Source: Octopus vulgaris (lineage: Eukaryota). From it: a DNA stretch of 64,000 nucleotides. Below, piece by piece: positions 27,294 to 41,120 of this stretch. A program made the translations under genes and the position numbers. Under the pieces are notes generated by a model. That model did not search any database. It was given only the letters and a program-made list of their open reading frames with translations, and was not told where the DNA came from. The stretch covers positions 9,734,001-9,798,000 of the forward strand of contig OX597835.1 in assembly GCA_951406725.2 (NCBI GenBank). The letters run 5' to 3'. Position 1 is the stretch's first letter. Each line of letters begins with the position of its first letter.

Positions 27294-28584
27294 CGAGGGG
27301 CGTTCAATAAGTAATGCCTCTGACCCACTTGCAGTTGTTTGATCTAGCTGAAATTTTGCATGTACAATTATTTATATCTCTATAGATTAAGTGGCAAATT
27401 ACAGCTCTGAACTAATTGTGGTTTCCGATTTACAGGTGCTTGAACTGAGTCAAGTGTGAAATGGAGCCTGTTGAGTGTCGAGCAGTGATTCGGTTTTTGT
27501 ATTTGAAAGGACGCACACCACGGGAGACTTTTGATGAAATGAAAGAAACTTATGGTGATGATGCCCCATCATATGACCTTGTAAAACGCTGGCATCGTGA
27601 AATCAAACATGGTCGGAACTCTGTGGAAACAGCTCCCAGATCTGGTCGCCCCCTTCTGCCATTGATGAGGCATCTGTCTGTCAAGTTGAGGCTGCCATTT
27701 TGGAAGATCGACGCATAACTATTCGCCAAATAGCCCATGAGGTCAAGATTAGTACCGGGTCTGTGGAAACTATCATTCAAGACCATTTGCATATGCAAAA
27801 GGTGTCTGCCAGATGGATTCCCAGGTTGCTCACACCTTTCCAGAAGCAAGAACGCGTCGATTGCTCGAGGATGAATTTGGAGATGTGCCAAGAAAATGAG
27901 TCAAAATTTTTCAAAAGACTGATTGCATAGGATAAAACCTGGGTCCATCACTATGATCCATAGACCAAAGCCCAGTCAATGCAGTGGAAGCATCGTGACT
28001 CACCTCCTCCAAAGAAGGCAAGGGTGCAGCCCTCCGCTGGCAAGGTCATGCTTACAGTCTTCTGGGACCAGGACGGAGTAGTGAAGACAGATTTCCTGGC
28101 AAAGGGTGCCACAATTACAGGAGTCTATTATGCTTCACTTTTGAGGAAATTAAGAGAAGCTATCAAAATCAAGAGGCGGGGCAAGATCAGCAAAAGGCAT
28201 CCTCCTCCTGCAGGACAACGCTCCGATCCACAACTCGCGTGTCGCCAGATCAGAAGCACAGGCGTGCGGCTATGAACTCATCTCCCATCCCCCTACTCTC
28301 CTGACCTTGCACCCTCTGATTTTCACCTCTTCCAGCCATGGAGTTGTTTTTGAAAGGAAAGCGTTTCCCAGATGATGCAGCCTTGATTTCTGAAGTCACG
28401 TCGTGGTTGGAGGACCAAGCTGGGGTCTTCTACAAAAACGGTCTTCAGAGCTGCATCAAACGATGGGAGAAATGCGTAAATCTGGGTGGTTCCTATGTAG
28501 AAAAAGACTAATAACTGTTCCAAGTTTCGTTGCTCTACTGCTATGGGAAGTGGGTCAGGGGCATTACTTATTGAACGCCCCTCG
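27294..28584 (+). mobile_element. Full-length mariner DNA transposon (1291 bp; TIR start resembles the irritans subfamily)
   Basis: 37-bp TIRs CGAGGGGCGTTCAATAAGTAATGCC(T/C)CTGACCCACTT with one mismatch; TA TSDs at 27292-27293 and 28585-28586. Confidence 0.97.
27461..28511 (+). pseudogene. Mariner transposase pseudogene (D,D34D)
   Basis: Motifs RSGRP, WIPRLL, DKTW, QDNA and YSPDLAPSD, with 34 residues between the last two catalytic Asp after frameshift repair. Two in-frame stops (27928, 27961) and about three frameshifts. Confidence 0.95.
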
Positions 28585-29094
28585 TATATACTTCAGTTTT
28601 ATATGAATTAACACGTGTTTTAGACAGTTATGTCTGTATCTATCAGCTTACATGAAACGCTTTTGGTTTTCAAGATTTATTAATTTAAATTTATTACTAA
28701 ATCAATCTAACATTTTTCAGACTACATAAGCCACCTAAAGTGAATTCTCTTGTTTAAAATCAACGCCAATTCACGACCTCCTTTTTATTTTCCCGTATCC
28801 TGATTGAAAAGTTGGGAAAACTTTCAGTCAGCGAATCGTGGAATAAAATGAAACCAAAAATATCCAGCTCTGTGTTTTAGCCGCCTACAAGTTATTATAA
28901 AAGTATTTGCTGTATGTGTTGCGGACGGAATAAAACACATTTCGTAATTCTATTAACTTCTTATTTCAGAGGCGACAGTCATATCTCCGGAACCATTCAA
29001 TTCCCCGGAAATATTTCACGGAGCGTTTAGAAAAGACTTCTTTCTCTTCTACACGATTTTAAACGCATTCAACAGCTGCTATACATACATAAAC

Positions 29095-29558
29095 ACATAC
29101 TTACGTTCATACATGCACACTCATATACACATACTCATCATGCATGTACAAATACATATATATATAGATAGATAAGTATAAATATACACATATATACACA
29201 CATACTTACGTTCATACATGCACATATATATACACACACTCATCATGCATGTTTTTCATACATGTACAAATATATATATATATAGATAGATAAGTATAAA
29301 TATACATATATATACACACATACTTACGTTCATACATGCACATACATATACACACACTCATCATGCATGTTTTTCATACATATACAAATACATATATATA
29401 GATAGATAGGTATAGATATACATATATATACACACATACTTACGTTCATATATACACATACATATACACACACTCATCATGCATGTTTTTCATACATATA
29501 CAAATACATATATATATAGATAGATAAGTATAGATATACATACATATACACACATATT
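29095..29558. repeat. Minisatellite of four 105-118 bp units built from degenerate microsatellites
   Basis: The anchor TTACGTTCATA recurs at 29101, 29206, 29324 and 29440. Confidence 0.9.
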
Positions 29559-29810
29559 TAGAAAAAATATACATATATGTATTATATTTATATATGTGTA
29601 TGTGTGTGTGTGTGTGTGTGTGTATGCGTCTGTGTGTGTGTTTGTGCGCGCACGCGTACCTGTGTGTAAGAACATTATTTGACTGTTCAATAAACAAGCG
29701 TCATGTAAGCATCGTACATTAGACTATACACTTGACGGAAACACTATAAATGTACATATACTCTCTCTTTCTGTCTCTTACTCTCTATTACTCTATCTCT
29801 CTCACTTTCA

Positions 29811-29860
<50 letters not shown>

Positions 29861-31245
29861 CGCGTGCACATACACCAAGAAGTGAAAACCATTTGAAATC
29901 CAGGAATATATTGCAGTTTATGTTTTTTTACTGTTTATTCGTTTCTGATTGTGCATTCTGAGTAAACGTGGGAGTTTGTGTCAACTGTGTGTAGGCGTGA
30001 CATTCGTAGAACAAAGTAGAACATTCTTTAACAGCTAGACATGCAAATTGTGTTGTCTCTTGGTGTGTCAGTGGTTACAATACCCACATTTTAAAAGTAA
30101 ACTACTTCCCATCATCAGCAGCCACTCTAAGTTCTAATACTGTCGTCACTAAATTGTAAATATTACTAAATCCTTCACTGCATGCTCTATTATAAATACT
30201 ATTATAAAAATCATCACCATTATAGTCATTTTATTCCTGTCATACGATTCCCCCATCCCCGAAATAGCACCAACAATCTTACTACTACCATTACTACGCC
30301 CCCAGCTTCCATCACCGGCACTAACCTCACCGTAGCCATCAATTTCCGCCAATTCCCATCAATCCCGACCCTATGTCCATACCACCGACCACACCACACC
30401 ACTTCTCCACTAGCATTACTACATACGCAGCCTACATCTCCAGTGTTTCATTCCGACCACCAACACCACCATTTCTATATACAACAACTACCACCACTAA
30501 TACCAACAACTCCACTCCACCGCTACCATTACTACATTCACAACTGAGACCACCACCACTTCCACCGTTTTATTCCCATCACCAACATCGCCATTTCCAC
30601 CACTATATCCATACCACCAACACCATCACCACCTTCCCTACATCCCTACTGCCAGCCTCAATCAAAACTTTCCAGCCAAAAGCATTTCCCGATTCCCCAG
30701 CAGAACCATCCAATTCTCTATGTCTCTAACATATTAGTTAGAGATATAGAGGATTGTTAGTTACAAGGGGTGGGGAGAAGATATTTGCCTTTTGTTACAA
30801 CTCACTTCCGTGATTGAATTTTTATGTCTGTTGCAAGCGTTTTGTTATATCAGCGAAGCCGACACTAAAAAATCCTGCTTTAATCTTTGTAACACCTTGG
30901 AGAAAATATTCCAAACTCATTAAAAATATTAATAAGGATAAAAGAATTGAAATTCTATTGGTGAGTAATTATTTATTTTGGTGGTTATATTCTTTCTGTT
31001 TTTTTTAAGAACTTCGTGACAGACATAAAATGTGAACATAAAAATTGATTACAAGCGAAAAGTTTTGTTTGTTTTTGTTATTCTTTAGCCCCAGGTTAGA
31101 TGCCTCGAGAAGTACCTATGATTAAACGTCAGCTATCTAACCATTTTTGTTATACGTTGCTTATGGACACAACATGTGACTTCAACAAGAAGTGAGGTGA
31201 GAAGGGTGACGATGGAGGAAATGTGCGGAGACAAAGAGAGAGAGA

Positions 31246-31288
<43 letters not shown>

Positions 31289-32262
31289 GAAGGCGAACCT
31301 ATGATCAAATGTCTTATATCTAACAATCTTTATTAAAAGAGTTATACATTTCCGAATTTCCGAACATAACCGTCTTCATTTAAGTCAGCTCAGTATGGTT
31401 TGATGAAAATTTAACTACTATTTCTAGCACTTCGGAATGAACCTGCCTCAGGCTTTTAAAAAGCTAGAAAGTTTAGGTGATATGGTTTCGATTGGTACTG
31501 ATCTCTCCTCAATTTTTCTGTTTTTTTATTTTTTTATTTTCAGTTCACTTTGATGTTCGCTTTGTATGTTAGAAAACAAGAAGTTGAAATATACTCCAAT
31601 AAACAAGTATTCACAGTGATAAACTAATGGAGGATCCATGAGTTGGGAATTAGTACCACGTCCGCTAAATACAGTACAGAAAGCAGAACAAAGCTCGTAG
31701 TTGTACCACAGGTGGTGTGAGGCCTTGAAGTGATTGGTAACTTCACACCGTTTTATGATTATAGCATTGCCGTTTAGCAGCCAGTTTCTACATTAGCGAC
31801 GAATAGAGAAGGGATATAGTGTTTGATGTGAGGAGGGATATTTGCAAAATGGTCACTTGTTTAATATCTGTAATGGCTTTTTTAATGGTTTGTAGATTGG
31901 ATAGTGTTTACATTTATGGAATCAACGTGTAACTTCAACTGGAAGTGAGGCGAGGGGATAAAAATGGAGGATGTGTACGGAGAGAGAGAGAGAAAGAGAG
32001 AGTTGGAGTCGACAGGAAGAAGAGAGAGATTGTTTATTCAAAGACAAAATAATCAGAAGGAGAAGGGATAAAAGTAAGAGAGAATCATAGAGAAAAGGTG
32101 GAGTGAGACGATAAAAGGTGAGAGAAATCGAGAGGGGGGGTAGAGGGAAAGGTAAAATGGAAGCCACAAAGGAAGGGGGCTGATTTTATGAGATGAGATA
32201 GCCTGTCCCAACGGGGTAATAATTGTAATTGATGGGAGGAAGTTTAAAGAAGAACGAAAGAA

Positions 32263-32293
<31 letters not shown>

Positions 32294-33681
32294 TGGTGAG
32301 GAAGAGAGACACAAAGACAAAACTAGAAAAGGTGAAGCAAAGCATTGACGTCTGCAGAAAGACCTGCTCTGCTGCAGTACGTCATCATCGTGGTTATTAT
32401 TATTATTATTATCATCAGGGTCATCATTATCATCATCATCAAGTTTATGATCATTATCATCACCATTCTCTCTTCCTCCTCCTCCTCCACCTCCTCATCG
32501 TCATCATTATCATCATCCTCATCAGCTGCAGCAGCAGCAGCAACGTAGTGCCACCACTATCATCACTCTATCCCCACCAACAGCACCATCCTCTCCACCA
32601 CCACAGTTTCAGTCTTCCCAATAATAATTATTGTTTTTTGTTTGTTTTTTTAATTTTAGTTCCCAACGGCGGTGCATCAATCAATCAGCGTGTTATCGAT
32701 CCTGAAAGAATGAAAGACAAAAGCTGACCTCAGCAAGATTTGAACTCCGAACATAAAGTGTCGAAAGAAATGCCACAAAGCATTTGGTCCGATGGATGCT
32801 TTAATGATTCTGCGGAAAACGGTAGAACCGAGTGACAAAACACAAAGCACCATGAGGCCTCGGTAGCATTAAAGAGAATTGACAATTTCCCCTGCAAGTA
32901 GCGCGGTAGTCAATCAGAGCCGTATTTCCTTTGAGGACAAATTCTACATCACAAACACACGAATCGCCTGTCAGTTCCACAAGAATTCTCATGTTTGTTT
33001 CTCTTGGACATCGTCCTTACAGCTGCGTTGATTCGGTCGATGAGAGATCAATATCTGCTTACCAATATCTGCTTACCATGAACACATGCAATAAGATATA
33101 TGGGAGTTTCGCACTGTAAATATCTAAATCAGATCTTTGATAACATACCAATCACCTCACTTATCAGAAGCAGTAGAGCGGTGAGATATTTCAGAATAAT
33201 GTACATTCGATATATTCAATGGCGAAATATTGCCAAAATATATTTGGATGAAATACTGAGAATGGGTGCTGTGTTCTGTCAAGGTATTACCTTATTAAGC
33301 AAGCAAGGACAATAATTCACTAGTTGATTCTGTCCTTCTGGTCTTTGATGATTTCACTCCCTCGATTTTGGTCGTACGAAGGCAGCACTTCAAATGTGTT
33401 TACAGGCGATAATATAATATCGATTTTAGTGTTTTGTCTTGGTACGGTTTTATTGATTTGATGAAGGGCGAAGAGCAACTCGACCGCGATATTAACGAGC
33501 GTAATTCGCTCAGAAATAACTATCACATTATGTTTATTCGACGCACCGATTGTACTAACAACACCTACTTATATATATGACACACACACACACACACACA
33601 CTTATGTATTATGTAGGTATGTATACATATATGAAATCTTTATGTGTAAGTATACATACATCTATATTTACGATGACTCCT

Positions 33682-33975
33682 AACAGGCACTCCGTCGGTT
33701 ACGACGACGAGTGTTCCAGTTGATCCTTTTTGTCAACATAACAGCTTGCTTGTGAAATTAACGTGCAAGTGGCTGAGTACTCCACAGACATGTGTACCCA
33801 TAACGTAGTTCTCAGGGAGATTCAGTGTGACACAGAATGTGACAAGGCTGTCCCTTTGAATTACAGGTACAAACTCATTTTTGCTTGTTGAGTAGACTGG
33901 AGCAACGTGAAATAAAGTTCCTTGCTGAAGGACACAACGCGCCGTCAAGATTCGAAATCATGATCTCACGATCTC
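33682..33975 (-). mobile_element. CORE-type SINE with tail type 1
   Basis: Minus strand: B-box remnant, CORE-like GTTGTGTCCTTCAGCAAGGAACTT...AAATGAGT, and a tail ending GTCGTAACCGACGGAGTGC. Confidence 0.82.
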
Positions 33976-34078
33976 ACGATGAAGTCTCTCTTTTCATTAA
34001 TGGCCAGTTTTGGAGAAATTCTTGATTTTCACCATATCTATTGCTACTGAGTGTCTGGTGTCCCCTCTTCAGCCGCGG

Positions 34079-34200
34079 ACCGATAGAATAAGTACTGGGC
34101 TTACAAAGAATAAGTCCCGGGGTCGATTTGCTCGACTAAAGGCGGTGCTCCAGCATGGCCGCAGTCAAATGACTGAAACAACTAAAAGAGTAAAAGAGTA
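34079..34200 (+). mobile_element. SINE family A, 3' fragment
   Basis: Near-identical to 25301-25410. Confidence 0.9.
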
Positions 34201-34469
34201 TACCGAGTCGAATATTGAAATTGACACCAATTCGCAGGTTAATCTTACGAAATCTCATTCTTCGAGATTTCGAAAGATTTAACTTTTTGCTGAGTTCCAC
34301 TTGTCCTGTCGGGAATCCGTGCCAGAATCTCTAGTAATAGTAACTTTGATAAACTCGTTTACTACCGAGATGTAACTTTGAATCCCTTGGTTGAAGGCAA
34401 CTAAAACTAAAGACGGTTTCACGAAGACATTGCTTCGAAAACTAACACTTTGTAATAACCCCCATTTTT

Positions 34470-34743
34470 ATCATCATCATCATCATCATCATTATCATCA
34501 TCATCATCGTCATCGTCGTCATTATCATGATCATCATTATCATCATCGTCATCGTCGTCATTATCATGATCATCATCATCGTCATCATCATCATTATCAT
34601 CATTATCATCATCAGCATCATCATCATCATCATCATCGTTATCATCATCATCATCGTCATCGTCGTCATTATCATGATCATCATTATCATCATCGTCATC
34701 ATCATCATCATAATCATCATCATCATCATCATCATCGTCGTCG

Positions 34744-34774
<31 letters not shown>

Positions 34775-34801
34775 AATCATCATCATCATCATCATCATCA
34801 T

Positions 34802-34865
<64 letters not shown>

Positions 34866-34925
34866 GTCGTCGTCGGCGTCATTATCATCATTATCATCAT
34901 CATCATCGTCATCATCATTATCGTA
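34470..34925. repeat. (CAT)n variant microsatellite
   Basis: Directly visible; the source of the poly-His/Asp/Met ORFs. Confidence 0.97.
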
Positions 34926-35006
34926 CTTAATTACGGCTGCAACAATTACGACACCATTTACATATTTAAAACTAAAGCTAGAAAGAGAGAAGACAAGGTA
35001 TACACA

Positions 35007-35040
<34 letters not shown>

Positions 35041-35229
35041 CAGAGAACACATACAACCACTCATAAATAAACATGTGCGCTGCCGCTTTGTGCCGAAAGA
35101 ATGAGAAATGAACGTTCGATAGATTGTCGAGGAAATAGATTTTATTGAGCGAGAAACTGGAGTCGCGAGGGAAGCCCTCCATTATGTCGAAATGTATGCA
35201 TTTGTGCGTGTACTTATATCTTTGGTTTT

Positions 35230-35659
35230 TTTATTCTTTTACTTGTCTCACTCATTAGGCTACGGCCCATGCTGGGGCGGGCACCACCTTCAGGAATTCT
35301 AGTGGAATGAGTCGACCCCAGTCCTTTTTTTTCTAAAACCGAGAAACATTTTAAGTGATTTGGTTGTTATTTCTAGCAGATCTAGCGAAGGTATAAATGG
35401 ACGCTTGTTAGTGGCGCTGGTGTATTTCATAGAAGGTGAGTCGCTTTAATCGTCTCTCGGTAGGGGCGAAAATATAGAATCGATCTTGATTGGAACTATA
35501 GTTTACTTCGATCTACAATAGGTTTGGCTGAACCGTTCAGTTACGCGGACGTAAACTCACCAATACCGGTTGTCAAGCTGTGATGAGGACAAACGCAGAC
35601 ACAAAGACAGGCACACAGATACATACACACACACAATATCAGTATATATATATATGTTT

Positions 35660-35719
<60 letters not shown>

Positions 35720-36063
35720 CACAGGTTTCTTTCAGTTTCCGTCTACCAAATCAATCCGAGGTTCTAGCAGAAGAAGACACCTGTCCAAAAGTGCCACTCA
35801 GTGGGACTGAACCAAGAACAATATGATTAAGAAGCAAGCTTTTTACCACTCAGCCACCCATGCCTGTAAGTACGTATGTATGCATGTGTCTATTTATGTA
35901 TGGATGTGTTATGTGCGTACGTATGTCTCTTTTACTCTCTCTTTTACTTGTTTCAGTCATTTGACTGCGGCCATGCTGGAGCACCGCCTTTAGTCGAGCA
36001 AATCGACCCCGGAACCATGTGGTTGGTAAGCAAGCTACTTACCACACAGCCACTCCTGCGCCT
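35230..36063 (-). mobile_element. Two family-A SINE remnants: one interrupted by a 185-bp insertion, one internally deleted (35925-36063)
   Basis: Collinear pieces of family A on both sides of 35341-35525; the second copy joins tail to head at CCCGGA. Confidence 0.78.
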
Positions 36064-36358
36064 ATGTATGTATGTATGTATGTATGTACGTATGTACGTA
36101 TATCCCTTTTTGGTTAACGAGCCAGAAGGAGAGAACAATAGCGATAGTACTGAGCGAAGTAGAAATATATGTGTGAAAGACGTGAGATGACTATTAAGAT
36201 GGCTTTGGTAAAAGTCTGACTGAGCCGAAACTGCCTTGGATTCCAGATCCTAGAGCAGACCAGATGTTTTCCACGTCCATTCGTCATATTTCATCAACTG
36301 TTTTCCATTACGACTCCTATTTATAAATATGTATGTCTGTATTTGAGTATCTATGTGA

Positions 36359-36416
<58 letters not shown>

Positions 36417-36426
36417 AGTGTGTTAA

Positions 36427-36461
<35 letters not shown>

Positions 36462-37027
36462 ATAGCAGCGTGTGAGTGCAGATAATTGTTCTCTGTGTTA
36501 ATTATTAGTTCAATTGCGGTTATATTTAGCCGTCAGACATGTTGTTGCACCTCTGGAATCCGTCTGGGTCGGTGCTTATGAAGATGACAAACAATTTGAC
36601 ATCAAGTAATTATAACGGCCTCAAGTGCAATGTAAATGAATTGCTATTAATTTCAGTGATATGTTGAGTGGGATGGAACGGATAGCAGAAGCTGAGAGAG
36701 ATGGGGGGGAGAGAGGGATGGAGGGAGAGCGATGATGCGAGGACAGGTCGAAAGAGAGGAGGAAACTTGTAGAGATTAACTTAATGATAAGCATATAATG
36801 AAATTCATATATGCATGTGTGTTTGCATGTGTGTGTGTGTGTATTGCCTGTATTTTTGTGTGTGTGTGTGTGTGTATGTGTGTGAAGCACGTGACCGTCT
36901 CTTCACATGTGAGAAAAATGTATTTCCTGCCGTTAATTCTGAAAATTAATATTGACGTCTCTATTAGTGGCGATGTTGAGGGTTGGAGGAGAGGTTAGGT
37001 GAACGAGTAGGGGAGTGGGAGGAGTAG

Positions 37028-37372
37028 CAAGAAGAAGAAGAAAGAAGAGGAGGAGAAGAAGAAGAAGAAGAAGAAGAAGAAGAAGAAGGAGAAGAAGAAG
37101 AAGGAGGAGGAGGAGGAGGAGAAGAAGGAGGAGGAGGAGGAGGAGAAGAAGAAGGAGGAGGAGGAGGAGGAGGAGGAGGAGAAGAAGAAGGAGGAGGAGG
37201 AGGAGGAGGAGAAGAAGAAGGAGGAGGAGGAGAAGAAGAAGAAGAAGAAGAAGAAGAAGAAGAAGAAGAAGAAGAAGAAGAAGAAGAAGAAGAAGAAGAA
37301 GAAGAAGAAGAAGAAGAAGAAGAAGAAGAAGAAGAAGAAGAAGAAGAAGAAGAAGAAGAAGAAGAAGAAGAA
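37028..37372. repeat. (GAA)/(GGA) polypurine microsatellite
   Basis: Directly visible, ~340 nt of pure purine. Confidence 0.98.
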
Positions 37373-38294
37373 TTTTGAGATGGCAGTAATGAATGAGCAA
37401 CAATGTAACATGTCTAGAAAACCTATCGTAGATCGAAGTAAACTATACTTCCAATCAAGATCGATCCTATATTTTCGCCCCCCACCGAGAGACAATTAAA
37501 GCGACACACCTTCTATGAAATACACCAGCGTCCATTATATACCATTTATACCTTCGCTAGATCTGCTAGAAATAACAACCAAATCACTTAAAATGCTTCT
37601 CCTGCCGTCATTAAAAATGTGATAATGGACATTGCCATTCGAAATAAATAAAGCGATGAGATGGCCACGGATGAAACGTATTTTTAACACAGACCTATAA
37701 AAATATGGCTGAAGTGGGGCTACACAACGGCAGCAACCATACGGGAATGCCAACAAGTCGTGTATTCTCAGAGGTTAAAGAGGGCTTATTCGAAAAGAAA
37801 TTCAATTCGACATTGGACCAGATGGAGTTAAGCTTGATATATTCGTTCGACGAAAATGGGTAATAAATATAAATAACGATTAAGACGGAAGAAGAGAAAC
37901 GCAAAATGAAATAGGATTCCATGTTTAAGGAGGACATAACAAAAGCGAAATGTCTGTGAAAGCAAACATCTGAATCTTTCTGGCACCAAACTACCGTTTC
38001 TGATATTACTGAGCTGCGGGAGAATAAGAAAAATCAATCTTCTTCCATCTGAGTATTGATAGATACATTTAGTTTCTCTGGTTCGTTTCTCTGATCTCTG
38101 GAATAGAAATAGGTTTGCAGGAATCTGTGGATTGCGTGGAAGAAGAATGCAAATTCTTCAGGGCAAAAACGCATCATATTTGTAGCATAGCACCAAGTCG
38201 TGGCGACAGGACACGTGCGTCGCGCACACACACATATGCATATATGCATATATATATATAAATATGTGTGTATTTGTATATATATATATATATA

Positions 38295-38461
38295 TATTTC
38301 TTTACTACCCACAACGGGCTAAACACAGAGGGGACAAACAAGGACAGACAAACGGATTAAGTTGATTACATCGACCCCAGTGCGCAACTGGTACTTAATT
38401 TATCGACCCCGAAAGGATGAAAGGCAAAGTCGACTGCGGCGGAATTTGAACCCATAGCGTA
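38295..38461 (-). mobile_element. SINE family B, 5'-truncated
   Basis: Family-B core and tail between TA tracts. Confidence 0.88.
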
Positions 38462-40539
38462 ATATATATATATATAAAGATAATATTTATCCCCACTTAA
38501 AGTGGCTGTTGTGTTAGAACACAAAATACTACGTTATTTACCATGAGAAAACCTTTCATATTGACTTGTGGTGCATATAAGCAATCATGTTTATATTGCA
38601 AGCGGGAGATAATCCTTCTCTGTCGCCGCCATATATGTATGTGTATATTACATAATTAATATTTGAAGTTGGTAAAGAAAAAGAGGAAGCAGAAAATACG
38701 GACTTTGTGGTAAGTGTGTTTATAAACCGCAATTGAAATTATTGCTGGACATCCGGTGTTATCGGAATAATTGAAATGACATAATCAGGTGGACGAATGT
38801 CTAAAGCATGAATATAAAGCTGACGATAGACATTACAAACATATCGGTAAAATACTGATCCTTTATTTCTAAAGCACTCAAATCGATAAGACAGACTGGA
38901 CATCATTAACAGAAATAACAGAGAGTCATTGGGTTCAGTGTTGTAATGAAAGACTGGACAAACAGAATGAGCCAGTTAATAAATATAATAAACGAGTGTT
39001 TACTGATGGAAATGTTACACAATGACTGGGTAAATATACAGACAGAACCACTTAGAAATAGAGACACAAAGGTTGTAGGTTGGGGGGGCGGAAATAATGA
39101 GTCACGATATTCTGATTCTAATTAAATTCAAGGGCAATTGTGAAACGTTGGATGACACATCACTGGACATTTGTTTCGTCACATCCATGTTATATAACAC
39201 GGAGAAAATTGTGTTAATGGTTAGGACTGTGATTGTTAAGTCGCGGATTCGATGCCTGTAAGGGGCGACACGTTGTGTCCCTTCACAGGAATTCGCTTCA
39301 TGTTGCTCCAGGCCCCTTGGCTGAAGATAAGAATTAGCGTCAGCTGCGTTTTGACCCTGCAATCGACCAGCGTCGGGGTCAAGATTATGCAAGATTATAC
39401 TCTAAGTCGTTCACATGCGTTTGGCGACCGAGATCCGCACCGGTCTAATGAGTCTGTCGGCTTGTAACAGATTTTACTTTATTATCTCTGAAGAAGAATA
39501 TAAAAAACAACACAACAAAAACAAAAAGAAACAAAAGAAGTGAAGGCGATGAGAACAGAGATGTCGACAGTAGTTATGGAGATATCGATAATAATATTAA
39601 TGTTAGTGACTCAGTTTAACAATATAAATTTGTGACCGGATGATAGAGGCTGTGGCCATCTTGGTAGACAGTGGTGTCACGTTTTATTAAAAGAAGATAT
39701 ATCCCCTCAGCTACTGACTGGATTCAGCTGTTTTATCACATAGGAAACAAACAGGAATTTTGTTTCCTATATGATAAAACGTATCGCCAGCTTACCATTC
39801 AAACTACAACCGATAAAATTCATCATTTGAAGAGCAGACAGGCTTTTAGAGAAAATAGCACATTTTGATACCAACGAAAATTATTACAAACAATGCACAA
39901 AAGGTAAGAAATCACAGTAGTTTAATACATTGTCATGTATAACCGAAGTGAAACATTTCTGATACACTTGTCTATAGACAGTGATAAAATATGAAGGATT
40001 AAATACAAGTGTACCGTATTTATGTTAATGAGAAAGATAGAGGTGATAGTTTACACGGCATAAAATTTAACCAACTCGACCAGTTACCAGTAACTAAGAA
40101 AGCTTTTGAGAAAAAGAACAACAAAATCCTGGGTACATGAATATTAAAGATAACATCAGTGATGTCAATAAGGGTGCGGAAACTTGAATTAGAACACAAA
40201 CAAAAATACAAGCACCCGATGTAAATGAACTTAGAAACTGAACAGCAACAGAGGAAAACGGTTCCGTAAAAACCACGCCTTGTAAACAACTCGTCAAACA
40301 ACTCGAATCCTATAAAAATACGCCAACACGTTTAGTAAAGCAAAGACAATAATTGGGAGAAGATCAAGCTCGTAACAATAGAAATTGTAAAACTCTTTCT
40401 CTAAAAGAATACTTGATGTGAGACTTGCAATGGAAATATTAAAACATTCTTGTTTCGAGTGTCATTTGAAATTTTCCTCAATTTGATACAGTTTACCTTC
40501 AACAACCCTAACCAATTTTTTTCGTTGGTTCTGTATTGG

Positions 40540-41120
40540 GGTGATAACAATGAGCTACAAGGACAGATCATCACAAAACACAACTAACAACTCAATCTCT
40601 TCTTAACGGTAGGACTATCGATCAGTTGATGCGGGTTGATACGAATGTATGGAAAATACAATGTCATTAGCCTGGATCGATTGCAAAAACGTCTTTGATT
40701 TGGTTCAAAGTGGCTGGTTTCATAAAATCCTGAATTTACATCGATTTGCTGATACCGTCGAGAATTCATTACAACAATAATAAAGATGTAACAAACTGTT
40801 CTTATGGTCGTTAATAGCGTCAAGGCTCACAGAACTCCAACTTCACAAGAATCTCTGTTGAGATGTTCCATGAAGATAGGACTTCTTTCCATCATATAAC
40901 TCTATAAATGATATCTTTAAATTGCTTAATTTTTAAAAGGAGCCAATTTGTGATATTACAACGCGAGAAGAAGGCCAGGTTCATCCAGCATTGCTTCATG
41001 TTTGACCTGACATTATATGAAGGGTTTCTCGAGATATCAAGCAGTTTCGTAAAGACCTTTTGATCTAAGAAAAGCAAGATGAGTTACACTGGATTAGACG
41101 ATTTGAAACTCATGAAATGG
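40540..41120 (+). mobile_element. Heavily decayed R4/Dong-like reverse transcriptase fragment
   Basis: MSLAWIDCKNVFDLVQSGWFHKILNLH at 40661 (cf. the AWIDYKKAFDSVPHSW motif) and LDDLKL near 41094 (cf. YMDDLKL). Confidence 0.55.

Noticed and set aside
30150-30730. His/Pro/Thr-rich ORFs
   Set aside because: Degenerate (CAC/ACC) low-complexity DNA, open in several frames.
34391-34930. Histidine-rich 179-aa ORF (beak-protein-like idea)
   Set aside because: A pure (CAT)n variant repeat, open in most frames, with a TTG start and no signal peptide or Gly/Ala motifs.
36195-36240. Decayed hammerhead-like TTAAGAT-GGCT...AGCC-GAAAC
   Set aside because: The core is mutated and there is no stem I or cleavage triplet.
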